A DNA stretch of 64,000 nucleotides from an uncultured Alphaproteobacteria bacterium (GTDB lineage Bacteria > Pseudomonadota > Alphaproteobacteria > RF32 > CAG-239). The first letter of the stretch is position 1. Each line of letters starts with the position of its first letter. The notes beneath the pieces were generated by a model. The model searched no databases. It was not told where the DNA came from and saw only the letters and a list, made by a program, of their open reading frames with translations. The stretch spans positions 20,949 through 84,948 of the forward strand of contig CALXVV010000002.1 of NCBI GenBank assembly GCA_944392205.1, given 5' to 3'. Below are positions 21,458 to 31,087 of this stretch, piece by piece. The translations under genes were made by a program, and so were the position numbers.

Positions 21458-21942
21458 TGTCAAAATATCGCCCAAATGTCGGTATTGTTGTTTTCAATGC
21501 TGCTAAAAAAGTCTTAATGTGTGCCAGAGCTGACTGCTTTGATTTGCAATGGCAATTTCCTCAAGGCGGAATTGATGCAAATGAAACTCCTCTTGCTGCT
21601 GCTTTTAGAGAGCTCAAGGAGGAGACAAATTTATCTTCGGTCAAACTTGTGGCAAAGCTGCCACAGCCTTTACGTTATGACTTTCCGCCAGATATTTTAG
21701 CCAGACAACAAAGAAGGGGCTCTCCTTTTGTCGGGCAGGAACAGTATTGGTTCTTGTTTTATTTTTATGGTGACGATAAGGAGATTGACTTTCTTACCCA
21801 TCCTCAGGAAATTGAATTTAAGGCCTTTGAATGGGGTGATATTTCCGAAGCTCCGCTGAAAATCATCAGCTTCAAAAAAGATGTTTATTCAAAAGTGGCT
21901 CAAGCCTTTGCCCCATATATCCAAAATTACCAAGAAAGATAA
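21454..21942 (+). CDS. rppH: RNA pyrophosphohydrolase / Nudix hydrolase (RppH/NudH, the IalA orthologue).
   Basis: Nudix box GGIDANETPLAAAFRELKEETNL matches GX5EX7REUXEEXGU. About 162 aa. Confidence 0.85.
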   Translation: MMSKYRPNVGIVVFNAAKKVLMCARADCFDLQWQFPQGGIDANETPLAAAFRELKEETNLSSVKLVAKLPQPLRYDFPPDILARQQRRGSPFVGQEQYWFLFYFYGDDKEIDFLTHPQEIEFKAFEWGDISEAPLKIISFKKDVYSKVAQAFAPYIQNYQER

Positions 21943-21946
21943 AACC

Positions 21947-22504
21947 ATGGCAGAGAAATTTGCAAAAGAACGAAGCTTGGTCTTAAGTGCCGCCAAACAA
22001 GGAATCAAGGGAAATCTTCACCTCTCTTCTGCTCAAAAAAAATATGTTAAAAATCTGCTCCTCTTTGCTTTGATGAATGCTTCCGGCAATGAAACCGTGA
22101 CTAATCGCAATTTTATTAAGCTGGTAAACAAGCTTTTTAAGGGATTTTTGGTCAAAATCATTAAAGAAAGCCTTGATGACGATGATGATACAGATTTTGA
22201 TGAGGCCTTAAATGTTGAACTCAATAAAATCATGGCCGACAAAGCTCTTCTGGACCTTAAAAACCTTGAAGAGGTTTTGACTCCTGAGACAATTAATGCT
22301 TTTCTTAAGAGCAATACTCAAGGCCTTTCTCAAAGCCAGATATTAAAGCGTTTACTTGCCCTGCGAGAAGTTAAGGCTAATTACCGCGAAACGCCCGAGG
22401 AAGAGAAAAAAAGAGAACAGCACCGCAAAGAATATGAACTGCAACAGCAGCGACAGAGAATGATGGAAGGACATTTGCGTTCCAGAGACTCTTATGAACG
22501 ATAA
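21947..22504 (+). CDS. Hypothetical protein (about 185 aa), charged and coiled-coil-like.
   Basis: ATG 21947 lies immediately after the rppH stop at 21940-21942. Acidic DDDDDTD stretch and a QQQRQR tail. No motif recognised. The track start at 21881 overlaps rppH. Confidence 0.45.
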   Translation: MAEKFAKERSLVLSAAKQGIKGNLHLSSAQKKYVKNLLLFALMNASGNETVTNRNFIKLVNKLFKGFLVKIIKESLDDDDDTDFDEALNVELNKIMADKALLDLKNLEEVLTPETINAFLKSNTQGLSQSQILKRLLALREVKANYRETPEEEKKREQHRKEYELQQQRQRMMEGHLRSRDSYER

Positions 22505-22505
22505 T

Positions 22506-22534
22506 AAAAAAGGCACCGAAATGGTGCCTTTCTT
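22506..22534. terminator. Bidirectional terminator between the hypothetical gene (+) and tsf (-).
   Basis: aaaaaaggcaccgaaatggtgcctttctt: a perfect 8-bp stem with A and T runs. Confidence 0.75.
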
Positions 22535-22554
22535 GTTATATCTATTCCAGAAAA

Positions 22555-23481
22555 TTACTTCTTCAGCTGAGAAGCAACCTCTGCGGCAAAGTCTTCTTCT
22601 TTTTTCTGCAAGCCTTCACCCAACTTAAAGCGAACAAAGCCGGTTATCTTGATGTCTGCGCCAAGCTCTTTGGCTGCATCGGCAACAACCTGTTTTACTT
22701 TCTTATCGGGATCCATGATATAAGCCTGCTCCTCAAGAACAACTTCCTCATAGTACTTGCGAATCCGGCCTTCTACCATCTTCTCAATGATATTATCCGG
22801 TTTGCCTGATGCTTTGGCTTGCTCGGTGAAAATTTCCTTCTCGTGAGCAACAGCTGCCGGGTCAACACTCTCAATGTTTAAGAACAGAGGTGCAGATGCA
22901 GCAATGTGCATAGCAATATGCTTGCCCAATTCTTGCAATTTGGCTTTGTCTGCCTTGGACTCTAGGGCTACCAAAACACCGATTTTACCAATATTGCTAC
23001 CGGCAGCATTGTGGATATAGGAGGCAACAACGCCTTCGTTTACATCCAATACGGCGGCACGGCGCAAGGTCATGTTCTCGCCAATTTTGGCGATCATATC
23101 TGTTAAACGTTCTTCAAAAGTTTTACCGCATTTCGGGCAGTGGAACGCCTTCATATCGCAAATCTCGCCAGCGCTCTTCAAAGCAACAATTGCGGCATCG
23201 GTAACATATTCTTGGAAGATATCATTCTTGGCAACAAAGTCTGTTTCTGAGTTTACCTCGGCGATAGCTCCTCTGTTTCCTTCAACATAAACAGAAACCA
23301 AACCTTCGGCTGCAATACGGCTTGCTTTTTTGGCGGCAGTAGCCAATCCTTTTTTGCGCAGCCAATCAACAGCTTCATCCATGTTTCCGTTGGCTTCTAC
23401 CAAAGCCTTTTTGCAGTCCAGCATACCGGCACCGGTGCTCTCTCTCAGCTCTTTTACTTTTGCGGCTGTAATTTCTGTCAT
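22555..23481 (-). CDS. tsf: Elongation factor Ts.
   Basis: MTEITAAKVKELRESTGAGMLDCKKAL... is the canonical EF-Ts N-terminus. 308 aa, downstream of rpsB. Confidence 0.95.
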   Translation of the reverse strand: MTEITAAKVKELRESTGAGMLDCKKALVEANGNMDEAVDWLRKKGLATAAKKASRIAAEGLVSVYVEGNRGAIAEVNSETDFVAKNDIFQEYVTDAAIVALKSAGEICDMKAFHCPKCGKTFEERLTDMIAKIGENMTLRRAAVLDVNEGVVASYIHNAAGSNIGKIGVLVALESKADKAKLQELGKHIAMHIAASAPLFLNIESVDPAAVAHEKEIFTEQAKASGKPDNIIEKMVEGRIRKYYEEVVLEEQAYIMDPDKKVKQVVADAAKELGADIKITGFVRFKLGEGLQKKEEDFAAEVASQLKK

Positions 23482-23582
23482 CTTTTGTTCCTTCTTTTGT
23501 GATTAATTTGCGGCGATATTCGCATCTTTATCAAATGCCAATACCGCCGCTTGTGTGATAATATTTCTAATCTGGTTTAGAA

Positions 23583-24389
23583 TTATTCGGCACTTGCCTC
23601 AGCAGCGGCCTTCTTGGAAGCTCTCTTGCGAGCAGGCTTTTTGGCCTCAGCTTCCTCTTTCTCAACCATCTCATCAACCTTTACGCCCTGAGCTGCAATT
23701 TGAGCGGACATACCGTCCAATACAGCTGCAGAAACCAATTCAGAATAAAACTGAATGGCGCGAATGGCATCATCATTACCGGGAACCGGTAAATCTACTG
23801 CCTCCGGATCTGCGTTAGTATCGCAAATGCCAATGACAGGAATACCGAGCTTCTTGGCTTCTTTGATAGCCAAAGATTCTTTGCAGGTATCAATTACAAA
23901 TACCAAATCCGGCTGGCCACCCATGTTCATGATTCCACCAAGCTCTTTGTTGAGTTTCTCTTGCTCTTTTTTGAGATTCAGTTGCTCTTTCTTGGTGTAG
24001 CCTTCATATTCATTCTTCTCGGCCATCTCGTTTAATTTAACAAGGCGAGAAATTGATTTATGAACGGTTTTCCAGTTGGTCAGCATTCCGCCCAACCAAC
24101 GTTGGTTAACATAGTATTGGCCGCATCTCTCGGCATTTTCTTTGATGATGTCTTGAGCCTGACGTTTGGTGGCTACAAACAATACCTTACCGCCGTTGGC
24201 AGCAATCTCACGAGTGGTGGCCAAAGCTGTGTACAGCATCGGGTAAGTCTTTTGCAAGTCAATAATGTGAATATTGTCTTTTTTGCCGTAAATATACGGA
24301 GCCATCTTCGGGTTCCAACGACGAGCGTGGTGACCGAAGTGAACGCCAGCTTCAATCATCTGACGCATTGTAAATGTAGGAAGGGTCAT
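23583..24389 (-). CDS. rpsB: 30S ribosomal protein S2.
   Basis: [29 protein letters not shown]... is the canonical S2 N-terminus. Acidic/Lys-rich C-terminal tail. Confidence 0.95.
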   Translation of the reverse strand: MTLPTFTMRQMIEAGVHFGHHARRWNPKMAPYIYGKKDNIHIIDLQKTYPMLYTALATTREIAANGGKVLFVATKRQAQDIIKENAERCGQYYVNQRWLGGMLTNWKTVHKSISRLVKLNEMAEKNEYEGYTKKEQLNLKKEQEKLNKELGGIMNMGGQPDLVFVIDTCKESLAIKEAKKLGIPVIGICDTNADPEAVDLPVPGNDDAIRAIQFYSELVSAAVLDGMSAQIAAQGVKVDEMVEKEEAEAKKPARKRASKKAAAEASAE

Positions 24390-24582
24390 TATTTCTTATC
24401 CTTTTCCGGTTAAACCTCCGCAGATCCTCTTGAGCCTTCTTTCCAAGGCACCGGAGCGAAACATCAAAAAAACATCCCGCCAAAATCTGCGTGTGAATTA
24501 TGAATCGGCACCATTGCCAATTCGTGTGCATTTCTATACTTAAATTATTATTTTGGCAAGTATTTTTTTGCCTAAACCGCAC

Positions 24583-24612
24583 AAAAAAAGCGTCGATATT
24601 CTCGACGCTTTT
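24583..24612 (-). terminator. Terminator after the 24634 membrane-protein gene.
   Basis: aaaaaaagcgtcgatattctcgacgctttt: a perfect 9-bp stem. It reads as a terminator on the minus strand. Confidence 0.7.
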
Positions 24613-24633
24613 AAGCCTTAATAATTTTTCTAG

Positions 24634-25047
24634 CTAAAAAAGCCAGAAAAGCAGGTGGAACAAGCCACACAAAACGCCTGCAATAACAGCCGTGAAGAGC
24701 AAGTCCAACACCGCCAGTATCCAAACGTTTTTAACAACCCCAAACTCGTAAATGCACACTATTGCGCCGGCAACAGCCCAAACCCATGCATCTATACTAA
24801 AGGCAGCCATTATGGCAACCAACAGCGCGCTGCAAAAAGATATCAGCCGCGTGTTTCCCAGCCAATTAATTGAAAGGTGTGACCCTAACAGGCCAAAATA
24901 AAGCACCACGGTCAAAACCGCCGCACCATAATTCGGGTTGGCGAATCCACAATCCCAATAGACAACCAGCAAAACAGAAAACGCCACAAAAGCGTTAAGG
25001 AGCATCCACAACAGATTGTTGCGAGAAATTTGAGATTTCCTTTTCAT
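24634..25047 (-). CDS. Hypothetical integral membrane protein (137 aa, 4 predicted TM helices).
   Basis: Strongly hydrophobic segments (LLWMLLNAFVAFSVLLVVYW etc.) and its own terminator. Confidence 0.45.
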   Translation of the reverse strand: MKRKSQISRNNLLWMLLNAFVAFSVLLVVYWDCGFANPNYGAAVLTVVLYFGLLGSHLSINWLGNTRLISFCSALLVAIMAAFSIDAWVWAVAGAIVCIYEFGVVKNVWILAVLDLLFTAVIAGVLCGLFHLLFWLF

Positions 25048-25203
25048 GTTAAAATAAGTTTTAAGTAATAGTTTTTAATAAGGGCAAGCTATCTTGCTTT
25101 TTTGTATTTGTCAACATCTGCTCTTTCTTGTTAAAAGCCTTGAAATTGTGCTTGTTTTGAGCCAAAATTTGGTATACTTTGGCATAAATTGTGATTTTTT
25201 GTT

Positions 25204-27204
25204 TTGAGGATGATAATGCCTGATTTGTTTGAAGCAACCGCCCCGGTGGCCAGTGATTACAGCGCCAGCAGTATTGAGGTTTTGGAAGGCCTGGAACCGG
25301 TACGCCACCGCCCGGGTATGTATATCGGTGGAACCGATGAAACCGCCCTTCATCACTTGGTAGCTGAAATTTTAGATAACTCCATGGACGAGGCCGTGGC
25401 CGGTTTTGCCAACAGAATTGATGTGACTATGAATGCCGATTACTCCGTCACTATCGTTGATAACGGACGTGGTATCCCTGTTGACCCACACCCCAAATAC
25501 CCAGGTAAATCGGCCCTTGAAGTGATTATGACCGTATTGCACTCAGGAGGAAAATTTGGCGGCAATGCCTATAAAGTATCAGGCGGTTTGCACGGCGTGG
25601 GACTTTCTGTTGTTAATGCCTTGTCTGAAAAGCTTACTGTTGAAATTGCCAGAGACAAAAAACTTTATCGGCAAGAATATTCCAGAGGCTATCCGATGGG
25701 ACCGTTGGAGTTGGTCGGCAATGCACCTAACCGCAGAGGTACATCCATCACCTTCAAGCCGGATCCGGAAATTTTTGGCGTCAACTCCAATCTTTCGCCA
25801 AATCGAATTTATCGAATGGCTCGTTCAAAGGCTTTTTTGTTTAAGGGAATCCACATCAATTGGAAATGCGCGCCTGAGGTTTTGGGTGAAGGAGAAGCAA
25901 CCCCGCTTGAGGCAGAACTTTGTTTTCCTAACGGTGTTCTCGATTTCTTAAACTACCAAATCGGCTCTAAAGGGACCATTAACCGCAAACCTTTCTTTGG
26001 TGAGGCTGAGCTTGCAAATGATGAGGGAAAAGTTGAATGGGCTATAACCTGGCCGGAAGACGAAAATGGCTTTTGCAACTCCTATTGCAACACCGTTATT
26101 ACTCCCCAGGGCGGAACACATGAAATCGGCTTTAAAACCGCTCTTATCCGCGGCCTCAAAGAATATGCCGAAATGGCTAACATCAAAAAAGCAGCCTCTG
26201 TCACGGCAGAAGATTTCTTGAGTGATGCCTGCATTATGCTCTCGGTCTTTATCCGTGACCCGCAATTTCAAGGCCAAACTAAGGATAAACTGACCTCTAC
26301 CAAAGCTATCCGCCTAGTGGAATCGGCGGTAAAGGACACTTTTGACCATTGGCTTTCTTCTGACCCTGAAAACGCAACGGCCCTTTTGGAATATGTGATT
26401 GACAGAGCCGAGGCTAGAAAAAAGAAAAAAGAAGAAAAAGCTCAGGCCAGAAAAACCCCTACCAAGCGCCTACGGCTCCCTGGCAAGCTGGCCGATTGCT
26501 CTCAGGCAGCTGCGGAGGGAACCGAGATATTTATCGTTGAGGGAGATTCCGCCGGTGGTTCTGCAAAACAGGGACGCGACCGTTTTACTCAAGCTATCCT
26601 CCCCTTGCGCGGAAAAATTCTCAATGTGGCCAGCGCCTCTTTGGATAAAATTTTGCAAAACCAAGAAATCAAAGATATGTGTGAGGCTCTTGGGTGCGGC
26701 GTTAAGGAAAATTACAAAGAAGAAAATTTAAGATATGAAAAAATCATCATCATGACCGATGCCGATGTGGACGGCGCCCACATTGCCTCACTGTTGATGA
26801 CGTTTTTCTATCAGCAAATGCCAAAGCTTATTGAAAATGGGCATCTGTTTATCGCCACACCACCTTTGTATAAGATTGCTGTCGGTGGCAAAAATTACTA
26901 TGCTTTGGATGATGATGATAAAGATAAAATCCTTGCCAAGGTTGTTAAAGGCAACCAAAAGCCCGAAATCAGCCGCTTTAAAGGTCTTGGCGAAATGAGT
27001 GCTCAGCAACTCAAAGAAACAACCATGGACAAGAAAAACCGCCTGCTTTTGCAGGTTAAGATACCTTCAACCAACACAGAAGAAGGCAAAGAAGAGGCTT
27101 TTGAAACCAGGCGTTTGGTTGAGCGATTAATGGGTAAAAATCCTGAAACTCGTTTCAAATTCATTATTGAACGTGCGAAATTTGTCGATGATTTGGATAT
27201 CTGA
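25204..27204 (+). CDS. parE: DNA topoisomerase IV subunit B.
   Basis: GHKL and Toprim motifs shared with gyrB ([32 protein letters not shown]) but about 660 aa, lacking the gyrB-specific insertion. C-terminal RFKGLGEM. Confidence 0.9.
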   Translation: MRMIMPDLFEATAPVASDYSASSIEVLEGLEPVRHRPGMYIGGTDETALHHLVAEILDNSMDEAVAGFANRIDVTMNADYSVTIVDNGRGIPVDPHPKYPGKSALEVIMTVLHSGGKFGGNAYKVSGGLHGVGLSVVNALSEKLTVEIARDKKLYRQEYSRGYPMGPLELVGNAPNRRGTSITFKPDPEIFGVNSNLSPNRIYRMARSKAFLFKGIHINWKCAPEVLGEGEATPLEAELCFPNGVLDFLNYQIGSKGTINRKPFFGEAELANDEGKVEWAITWPEDENGFCNSYCNTVITPQGGTHEIGFKTALIRGLKEYAEMANIKKAASVTAEDFLSDACIMLSVFIRDPQFQGQTKDKLTSTKAIRLVESAVKDTFDHWLSSDPENATALLEYVIDRAEARKKKKEEKAQARKTPTKRLRLPGKLADCSQAAAEGTEIFIVEGDSAGGSAKQGRDRFTQAILPLRGKILNVASASLDKILQNQEIKDMCEALGCGVKENYKEENLRYEKIIIMTDADVDGAHIASLLMTFFYQQMPKLIENGHLFIATPPLYKIAVGGKNYYALDDDDKDKILAKVVKGNQKPEISRFKGLGEMSAQQLKETTMDKKNRLLLQVKIPSTNTEEGKEEAFETRRLVERLMGKNPETRFKFIIERAKFVDDLDI

Positions 27205-27674
27205 TGATTCGAAAAATAAAAGACACTGACATAACCAAAGTTTTGGATATTTGGCTTGAGGCATCTCTGATTTCTCATGGTTTTGTCGAGGCTGATTACT
27301 GGCAAAAAATGCTTCCCTCTGTCAGAGATAACTATCTGCCTTATGCCGATACTTTTGTGTTTGAAGACAAGCACAAAATCAAAGGTTTTATCAGTATCTT
27401 AGATAAGAAACATATTGGTGCTTTGTTTGTTGCTCCTAAATTTCAAAACAAAAAAATCGGCTCAAAATTGTTGCGCTTTACTCAGCGCAGATATCCGCTT
27501 TTGAGCCTTAATGTGTTTACCAAAAATCCGTCGGCCATTGCATTCTATCAGCAAAACAACTTTAAAATCATTGCCGAGCAAACGGATCCCTCAACTAAAG
27601 AACAGCAGTTGCATATGAGTTGGGGCTTGGGCTGCAAAAGCGGCTTCAGAAAAAGATATTACGGTGATTCTTAA
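27204..27674 (+). CDS. GNAT-family N-acetyltransferase.
   Basis: About 156 aa. Motif A-like region KHIGALFVAPKFQNKKIGSKLL (Q/RxxGxG/A pattern). The ATG overlaps the parE stop. Confidence 0.65.
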   Translation: MIRKIKDTDITKVLDIWLEASLISHGFVEADYWQKMLPSVRDNYLPYADTFVFEDKHKIKGFISILDKKHIGALFVAPKFQNKKIGSKLLRFTQRRYPLLSLNVFTKNPSAIAFYQQNNFKIIAEQTDPSTKEQQLHMSWGLGCKSGFRKRYYGDS

Positions 27675-27677
27675 ACC

Positions 27678-27708
27678 TAAAAAAACCGCCTTGTGGGGCG
27701 GTTTTTTT
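27678..27708. terminator. Bidirectional terminator between the GNAT gene (+) and the kinase gene (-).
   Basis: aaaaaaccgccttgtggggcggtttttttt. Confidence 0.75.
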
Positions 27709-27711
27709 TGT

Positions 27712-28299
27712 TTATTGCTTTGCGTTCACCAGAATGTGACGCAAAACGCGGCGGATCACTCGGTCAAAATCATCCGGGCCATTGACAACGTAGCTGTTGT
27801 TGGGCGCGATGGACATAATCTCACTCCATGCAGGAGAAACAACATCATGATACTCCTGCAACTTCTCGTGAATCTTGTTCTCTTTGCGAGCCTTCAGCCT
27901 AGCGGCGGCCACGTCATCAGGCACCGAAGACTTGATGAAAGCCAGAGAATATTCCTCTGACATCTTCTCCTGCATATAGAGAACACTACCGACACTCCGC
28001 GGATAGCCATCAATAATTGTGATTTCTGCCGGATGTCTCCTCAGGTAGTCGTGAATAAAGGGATCTATCAGTTCCTGAGGAACCAATTCATCTTTTTCAA
28101 ACGGTTCCTTAATCTTTATTCCGAGCGGCGTTTGATTCTCAACTTCTTTCTTGAGGAGCTCGCCAACAGATATCATTTTGATATCTTTTTCCGCTATACC
28201 GAACCAATCAATCAACTCCCATTTCAGAGCTTCAGATAAAATGCTTTTACCACTTCCGGGTTTGCCAAATATGGCTAAAATAATCTTTTTGTTTGTCAT
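27712..28299 (-). CDS. Adenylate-kinase-like P-loop nucleoside monophosphate kinase.
   Basis: MTNKKIILAIFGKPGSGKS (Walker A). The GYPRS motif is analogous to Adk GFPRT, with a LID-like region. The track start at 28344 adds 15 residues. ATG 28299 is preferred. Confidence 0.6.
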   Translation of the reverse strand: MTNKKIILAIFGKPGSGKSILSEALKWELIDWFGIAEKDIKMISVGELLKKEVENQTPLGIKIKEPFEKDELVPQELIDPFIHDYLRRHPAEITIIDGYPRSVGSVLYMQEKMSEEYSLAFIKSSVPDDVAAARLKARKENKIHEKLQEYHDVVSPAWSEIMSIAPNNSYVVNGPDDFDRVIRRVLRHILVNAKQ

Positions 28300-28382
28300 A
28301 GTAATAGTATTAATTTTTAAGTTAAGATGTTGGCGTGTTACCACATTTTTTTACAACACGCAATATTTAATCTAAAAAAAGA

Positions 28383-28411
28383 TTGACATTTTATTTTTGT
28401 TTTCATATAGT
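28383..28411 (+). promoter_or_regulatory. Near-consensus sigma70 promoter driving the tRNA-Ala cluster.
   Basis: TTGACA (28383-28388), a 17-nt AT-rich spacer, then TATAGT (28406-28411). Located about 10 bp upstream of the first tRNA-like sequence. Confidence 0.65.
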
Positions 28412-28423
28412 CGCCTTGACCTT

Positions 28424-28447
28424 GGGGTTATAGCTCAGCTGGGATGG
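28424..28447 (+). pseudogene. 5' fragment of tRNA-Ala (24 nt, acceptor arm plus D arm), truncated.
   Basis: ggggttatagctcagctgggatgg is identical over 21 nt to the 5' end of the intact tRNA-Ala(GGC) at 28592. It is followed by 144 bp that contains a second fragment (gcgcttgaatg, around 28551-28561) from the same tRNA. Confidence 0.6.
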
Positions 28448-28591
28448 CTAAGCGAAAAGAACCCCAACGGGTGCTTTTCGTCTGCAACATCTTGGCTGCC
28501 TTGCCAAGCCAGGGAAGCGACAGCAACCGCAGCGAGGATAGGCACCCAAGGCGCTTGAATGAGCGCTCGACCTATTATTTTGTTGCAACAT

Positions 28592-28667
<76 letters not shown>

Positions 28668-28707
28668 ATTTCAAAAGACCACTAAAAAAGTGGGCTTTGT
28701 TTCTAAT

Positions 28708-28783
28708 GGGGGTATAGCTCAGTTGGGAGAGCGAATGGTTCGCAATCATTAGGTCAGGAGTTCGATCCTCCTTACCTCCACCA
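28708..28783 (+). tRNA. tRNA-Ala (anticodon CGC).
   Basis: Acceptor gggggta/tacctcc with G3:U70, D arm gctc agttggga gagc, anticodon loop ttCGCaa, T arm ggagttcgatcctcc, and encoded CCA. Confidence 0.85.
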
Positions 28784-28830
28784 ATAAAACAACAAGACCG
28801 CAGCCTGTTTTCGGGACGCGGTTTTTTGTT
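28776..28830 (+). repeat. Direct repeat copy 1: the tRNA-Ala 3' end plus a terminator-like hairpin.
   Basis: cctccaccaataaaacaacaagaccgcagcctgttttcgggacgcggttttttgtt is repeated at 29010-29066 with 1-2 mismatches. Confidence 0.7.
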
Positions 28831-29009
28831 TACCTTTTGGGAGGAAAATCCTCCTCTAGCTTACTAAGCTCCCTCTCGTTCGCTAAGTGCGCGTCGGTCA
28901 CTCGGTTTGTAACGCTTGCCAAGGGGCGCTCACGCTTGCTTGGCTCGCTAACAAACTGTCGCCTGTCGTTGAAAAACAACCGGAGCAACGGTTGTTTTTC
29001 TTCCTCCAG

Positions 29010-29066
29010 CCTCCACCAATAAAACAACAAGACCGCAGCCCGTTTTCGGGACGCGGTTTTTTGTTG
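29010..29066 (+). repeat. Direct repeat copy 2 (about 57 bp), including a pseudo 3' end of the tRNA.
   Basis: cctccaccaataaaacaacaagaccgcagcccgttttcgggacgcggttttttgtt. It is preceded by cctccagc, which resembles the T-arm cctcctta. Confidence 0.7.
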
Positions 29067-29124
29067 TTCTCCTATCTTCTTCCGTGATTGACATTAATTT
29101 GTTTTTGTGACACCCTGAGAGCAC

Positions 29125-29811
29125 TTGGAGATTTTGATGACTAAGCTGATTATAAAAAATATCTTTTGGGACGTGGACGGCGTTTTGGCTAACCTCAACT
29201 TTGCCTATTTTAACTTTCTGACCAAGCACCCGAAATATGCAGAATCTTACAAAAACCTCAAATGGGAGGATCTTCCTAAAGTTTTGCCTATCGACCCTAA
29301 ATATGGAGCTTTAGAACTCAAAACTCACCCAACTCTTGGCGTGCAAATGGATAAAGATTTTTGTGCGGACTTTAGCTTTTTTAGCGATCGGCCGCTTTAT
29401 GACGGCGTGGTTGACACCTTAAAAGAACTTAACCAACTTGGATATCGCCAATTTACCATGTCTGCCACTTTTGATGTGGAAACAAAGAAAAAACTCTTAA
29501 ACACTCTGCTTGCCGAAGTAACCGATTTTCTGACCATTGAATGTGTGCAGCACGGAAAATTTATGCATGATACCGCTAAAGAGGATATGCTCAAAAAATG
29601 TTTTGAAAAATACGGTCTTGCGGCAGAAGAAACGCTGCTCGTGGATGACCGCATTTATAATCAATATGCAGCTATTAATGTCGGGGCTCACCCTTTGCGG
29701 ATGCGCTGCCCTTTTACCACTGATTTGCCGCCGGAACTTTCTTGGATTCCGGAAGTTAAAACTGTTCCGCAAGTCAAGGACTGGCTGCTTGAAAATACAA
29801 CACAAGGATAA
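29125..29811 (+). CDS. HAD-superfamily hydrolase, 5'(3')-deoxyribonucleotidase (NT5C)-like.
   Basis: HAD motif I (FWDVDGVLAN) and a motif IV-like LLVDDR. The size and layout resemble the NT5C deoxynucleotidases often carried by phages. The alternative ATG 29137 is equally plausible. Confidence 0.55.
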   Translation: MEILMTKLIIKNIFWDVDGVLANLNFAYFNFLTKHPKYAESYKNLKWEDLPKVLPIDPKYGALELKTHPTLGVQMDKDFCADFSFFSDRPLYDGVVDTLKELNQLGYRQFTMSATFDVETKKKLLNTLLAEVTDFLTIECVQHGKFMHDTAKEDMLKKCFEKYGLAAEETLLVDDRIYNQYAAINVGAHPLRMRCPFTTDLPPELSWIPEVKTVPQVKDWLLENTTQG

Positions 29812-29815
29812 CTTG

Positions 29816-30250
29816 ATGAGTGATGAATTTAAATTGGTTCCGGCCTTAGCGCAAAAGGATTTTGTCCTTGACCTCAAGCTTTGCTCGGTCTTGTTTGAGG
29901 ATAATCAATATTATCCCTGGATATTCCTTGTTCCCCGCAAAGCAAATGTTAAAAACATGCTAAACCTTACCATGGATGAGCGCTTGCAATTGATGAGAGA
30001 AATTGCTTTGGCGGAAAAAGTTATGAATGACCTTTTTTCTCCTGACCAAACCAATGTGGCTATGATCGGCAATATGACGCCGCAGCTCCATGTCCATGTT
30101 TTGTGCCGCAAAGAAGGCGACCCAGACTGGCCCGGAACTGTTTGGAACAATGCCTCAAAACCCTATTCTCCTCAGCAGAAAGAGGATGTCATCTTAAAAA
30201 TTAAAAACGCTTTTTTACAAAACAAAAACAACCCTGAATTTAACCAATAA
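29816..30250 (+). CDS. HIT-family (histidine triad) protein.
   Basis: Histidine triad HVHVL in TPQLHVHVLCRK. About 144 aa. RBS aagga before ATG 29816. The track ORF 29537..30250 is an over-extension that overlaps the HAD gene. Confidence 0.7.
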   Translation: MSDEFKLVPALAQKDFVLDLKLCSVLFEDNQYYPWIFLVPRKANVKNMLNLTMDERLQLMREIALAEKVMNDLFSPDQTNVAMIGNMTPQLHVHVLCRKEGDPDWPGTVWNNASKPYSPQQKEDVILKIKNAFLQNKNNPEFNQ

Positions 30251-30263
30251 AGGATGAAAAAAC

Positions 30264-31037
30264 ATGAGTAGAGTAATTACCTTGATGCCGGTGCGTATGG
30301 CGGCCACTCGTTTGCCTAACAAGCCCCTTTTGGATGTAAACGGAAAATCTATTATTCAACGTGTTTGCGAAAACGTTAAGGCTGCCATTGATACAGATAT
30401 TGCCGTTGCGGCTGGCGACCAGGCTATTGTTGATGAATGCAAAAAAATCGGTGTAACTGCGGTTTTGACAGATCCCAATTTGCCTTCCGGCACCGACAGA
30501 ATCGCCGCTGCGCTTAAAGTTCTTGATCCTGATGGCAGCAAATATGATATCGTGGTCGATTTTCAGGGCGACAACCTCAATGTTGACCCAAAAGTCAACC
30601 TACCTTTAATCGAAATGGTTGAACGTACGGGCTGTGATATTGCCACCTGTGGTATGGTTATTAAAAATGAAGAGGACAAAACCAACCCTGCCGTAGTTAA
30701 AATCATCATGGGATTAAAGCCCGGTGAGGATGAGGCTCGTTGTCTTTATTTTACCAGAGCAACGGCTCCCTTCACTCGCAACCCGGAAAAATGTCCTAAC
30801 CAAGATCTTTATCATCATATCGGAATTTATGTCTTTAAGGCTGCATCTTTGCACAAAATGGTTGCATTGCCGCCTAGTGTGTTGGAACAACGCGAATCCT
30901 TGGAGCAACTGCGCGCGCTTGAAAACGGTATGGAAATCAGAGCAAAATTGGTTGGAGATATCCGTCTCAACAAAAACGCTCCGGCGGACATCAATACGCC
31001 GGAAGATTATGAAATTTGCAAAAAGTACATTTTCTAA
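30264..31037 (+). CDS. kdsB: 3-deoxy-manno-octulosonate cytidylyltransferase (CMP-Kdo synthetase).
   Basis: N-terminus VITLMPVRMAATRLPNKPL matches the KdsB consensus (IIPARxxSxRxPxKPL). About 257 aa. Confidence 0.85.
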   Translation: MSRVITLMPVRMAATRLPNKPLLDVNGKSIIQRVCENVKAAIDTDIAVAAGDQAIVDECKKIGVTAVLTDPNLPSGTDRIAAALKVLDPDGSKYDIVVDFQGDNLNVDPKVNLPLIEMVERTGCDIATCGMVIKNEEDKTNPAVVKIIMGLKPGEDEARCLYFTRATAPFTRNPEKCPNQDLYHHIGIYVFKAASLHKMVALPPSVLEQRESLEQLRALENGMEIRAKLVGDIRLNKNAPADINTPEDYEICKKYIF

Positions 31038-31051
31038 TCTGTTTTGCATAC

Positions 31052-31087
31052 AAAAAAGCCGCTCACCAAAGAGCGGCTTTTCTTTTT
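31052..31087. terminator. Bidirectional terminator between kdsB (+) and cca (-).
   Basis: aaaaaagccgctcaccaaagagcggcttttcttttttt. Confidence 0.75.

Noticed and set aside
24390-24633. Long rpsB 5' leader as a possible S2 autoregulatory RNA element.
   Set aside because: It is plausible, but I could not recognise the conserved rpsB-leader pseudoknot by eye. The only clear structure is the terminator of the upstream gene. It is not reported as a feature.
28448-28591. The possibility that the 144 bp between the tRNA-Ala 5' fragment and the intact tRNA is a group I intron.
   Set aside because: It is too short for a group I intron. It is not located in an anticodon loop. The downstream tRNA is complete by itself. 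It is better explained as rearrangement or integration debris.
29537-30250. 237-aa track ORF extending the HIT gene upstream.
   Set aside because: The extension overlaps the 3' half of the HAD gene in another frame. ATG 29816 with an RBS directly after the HAD stop is the real start.
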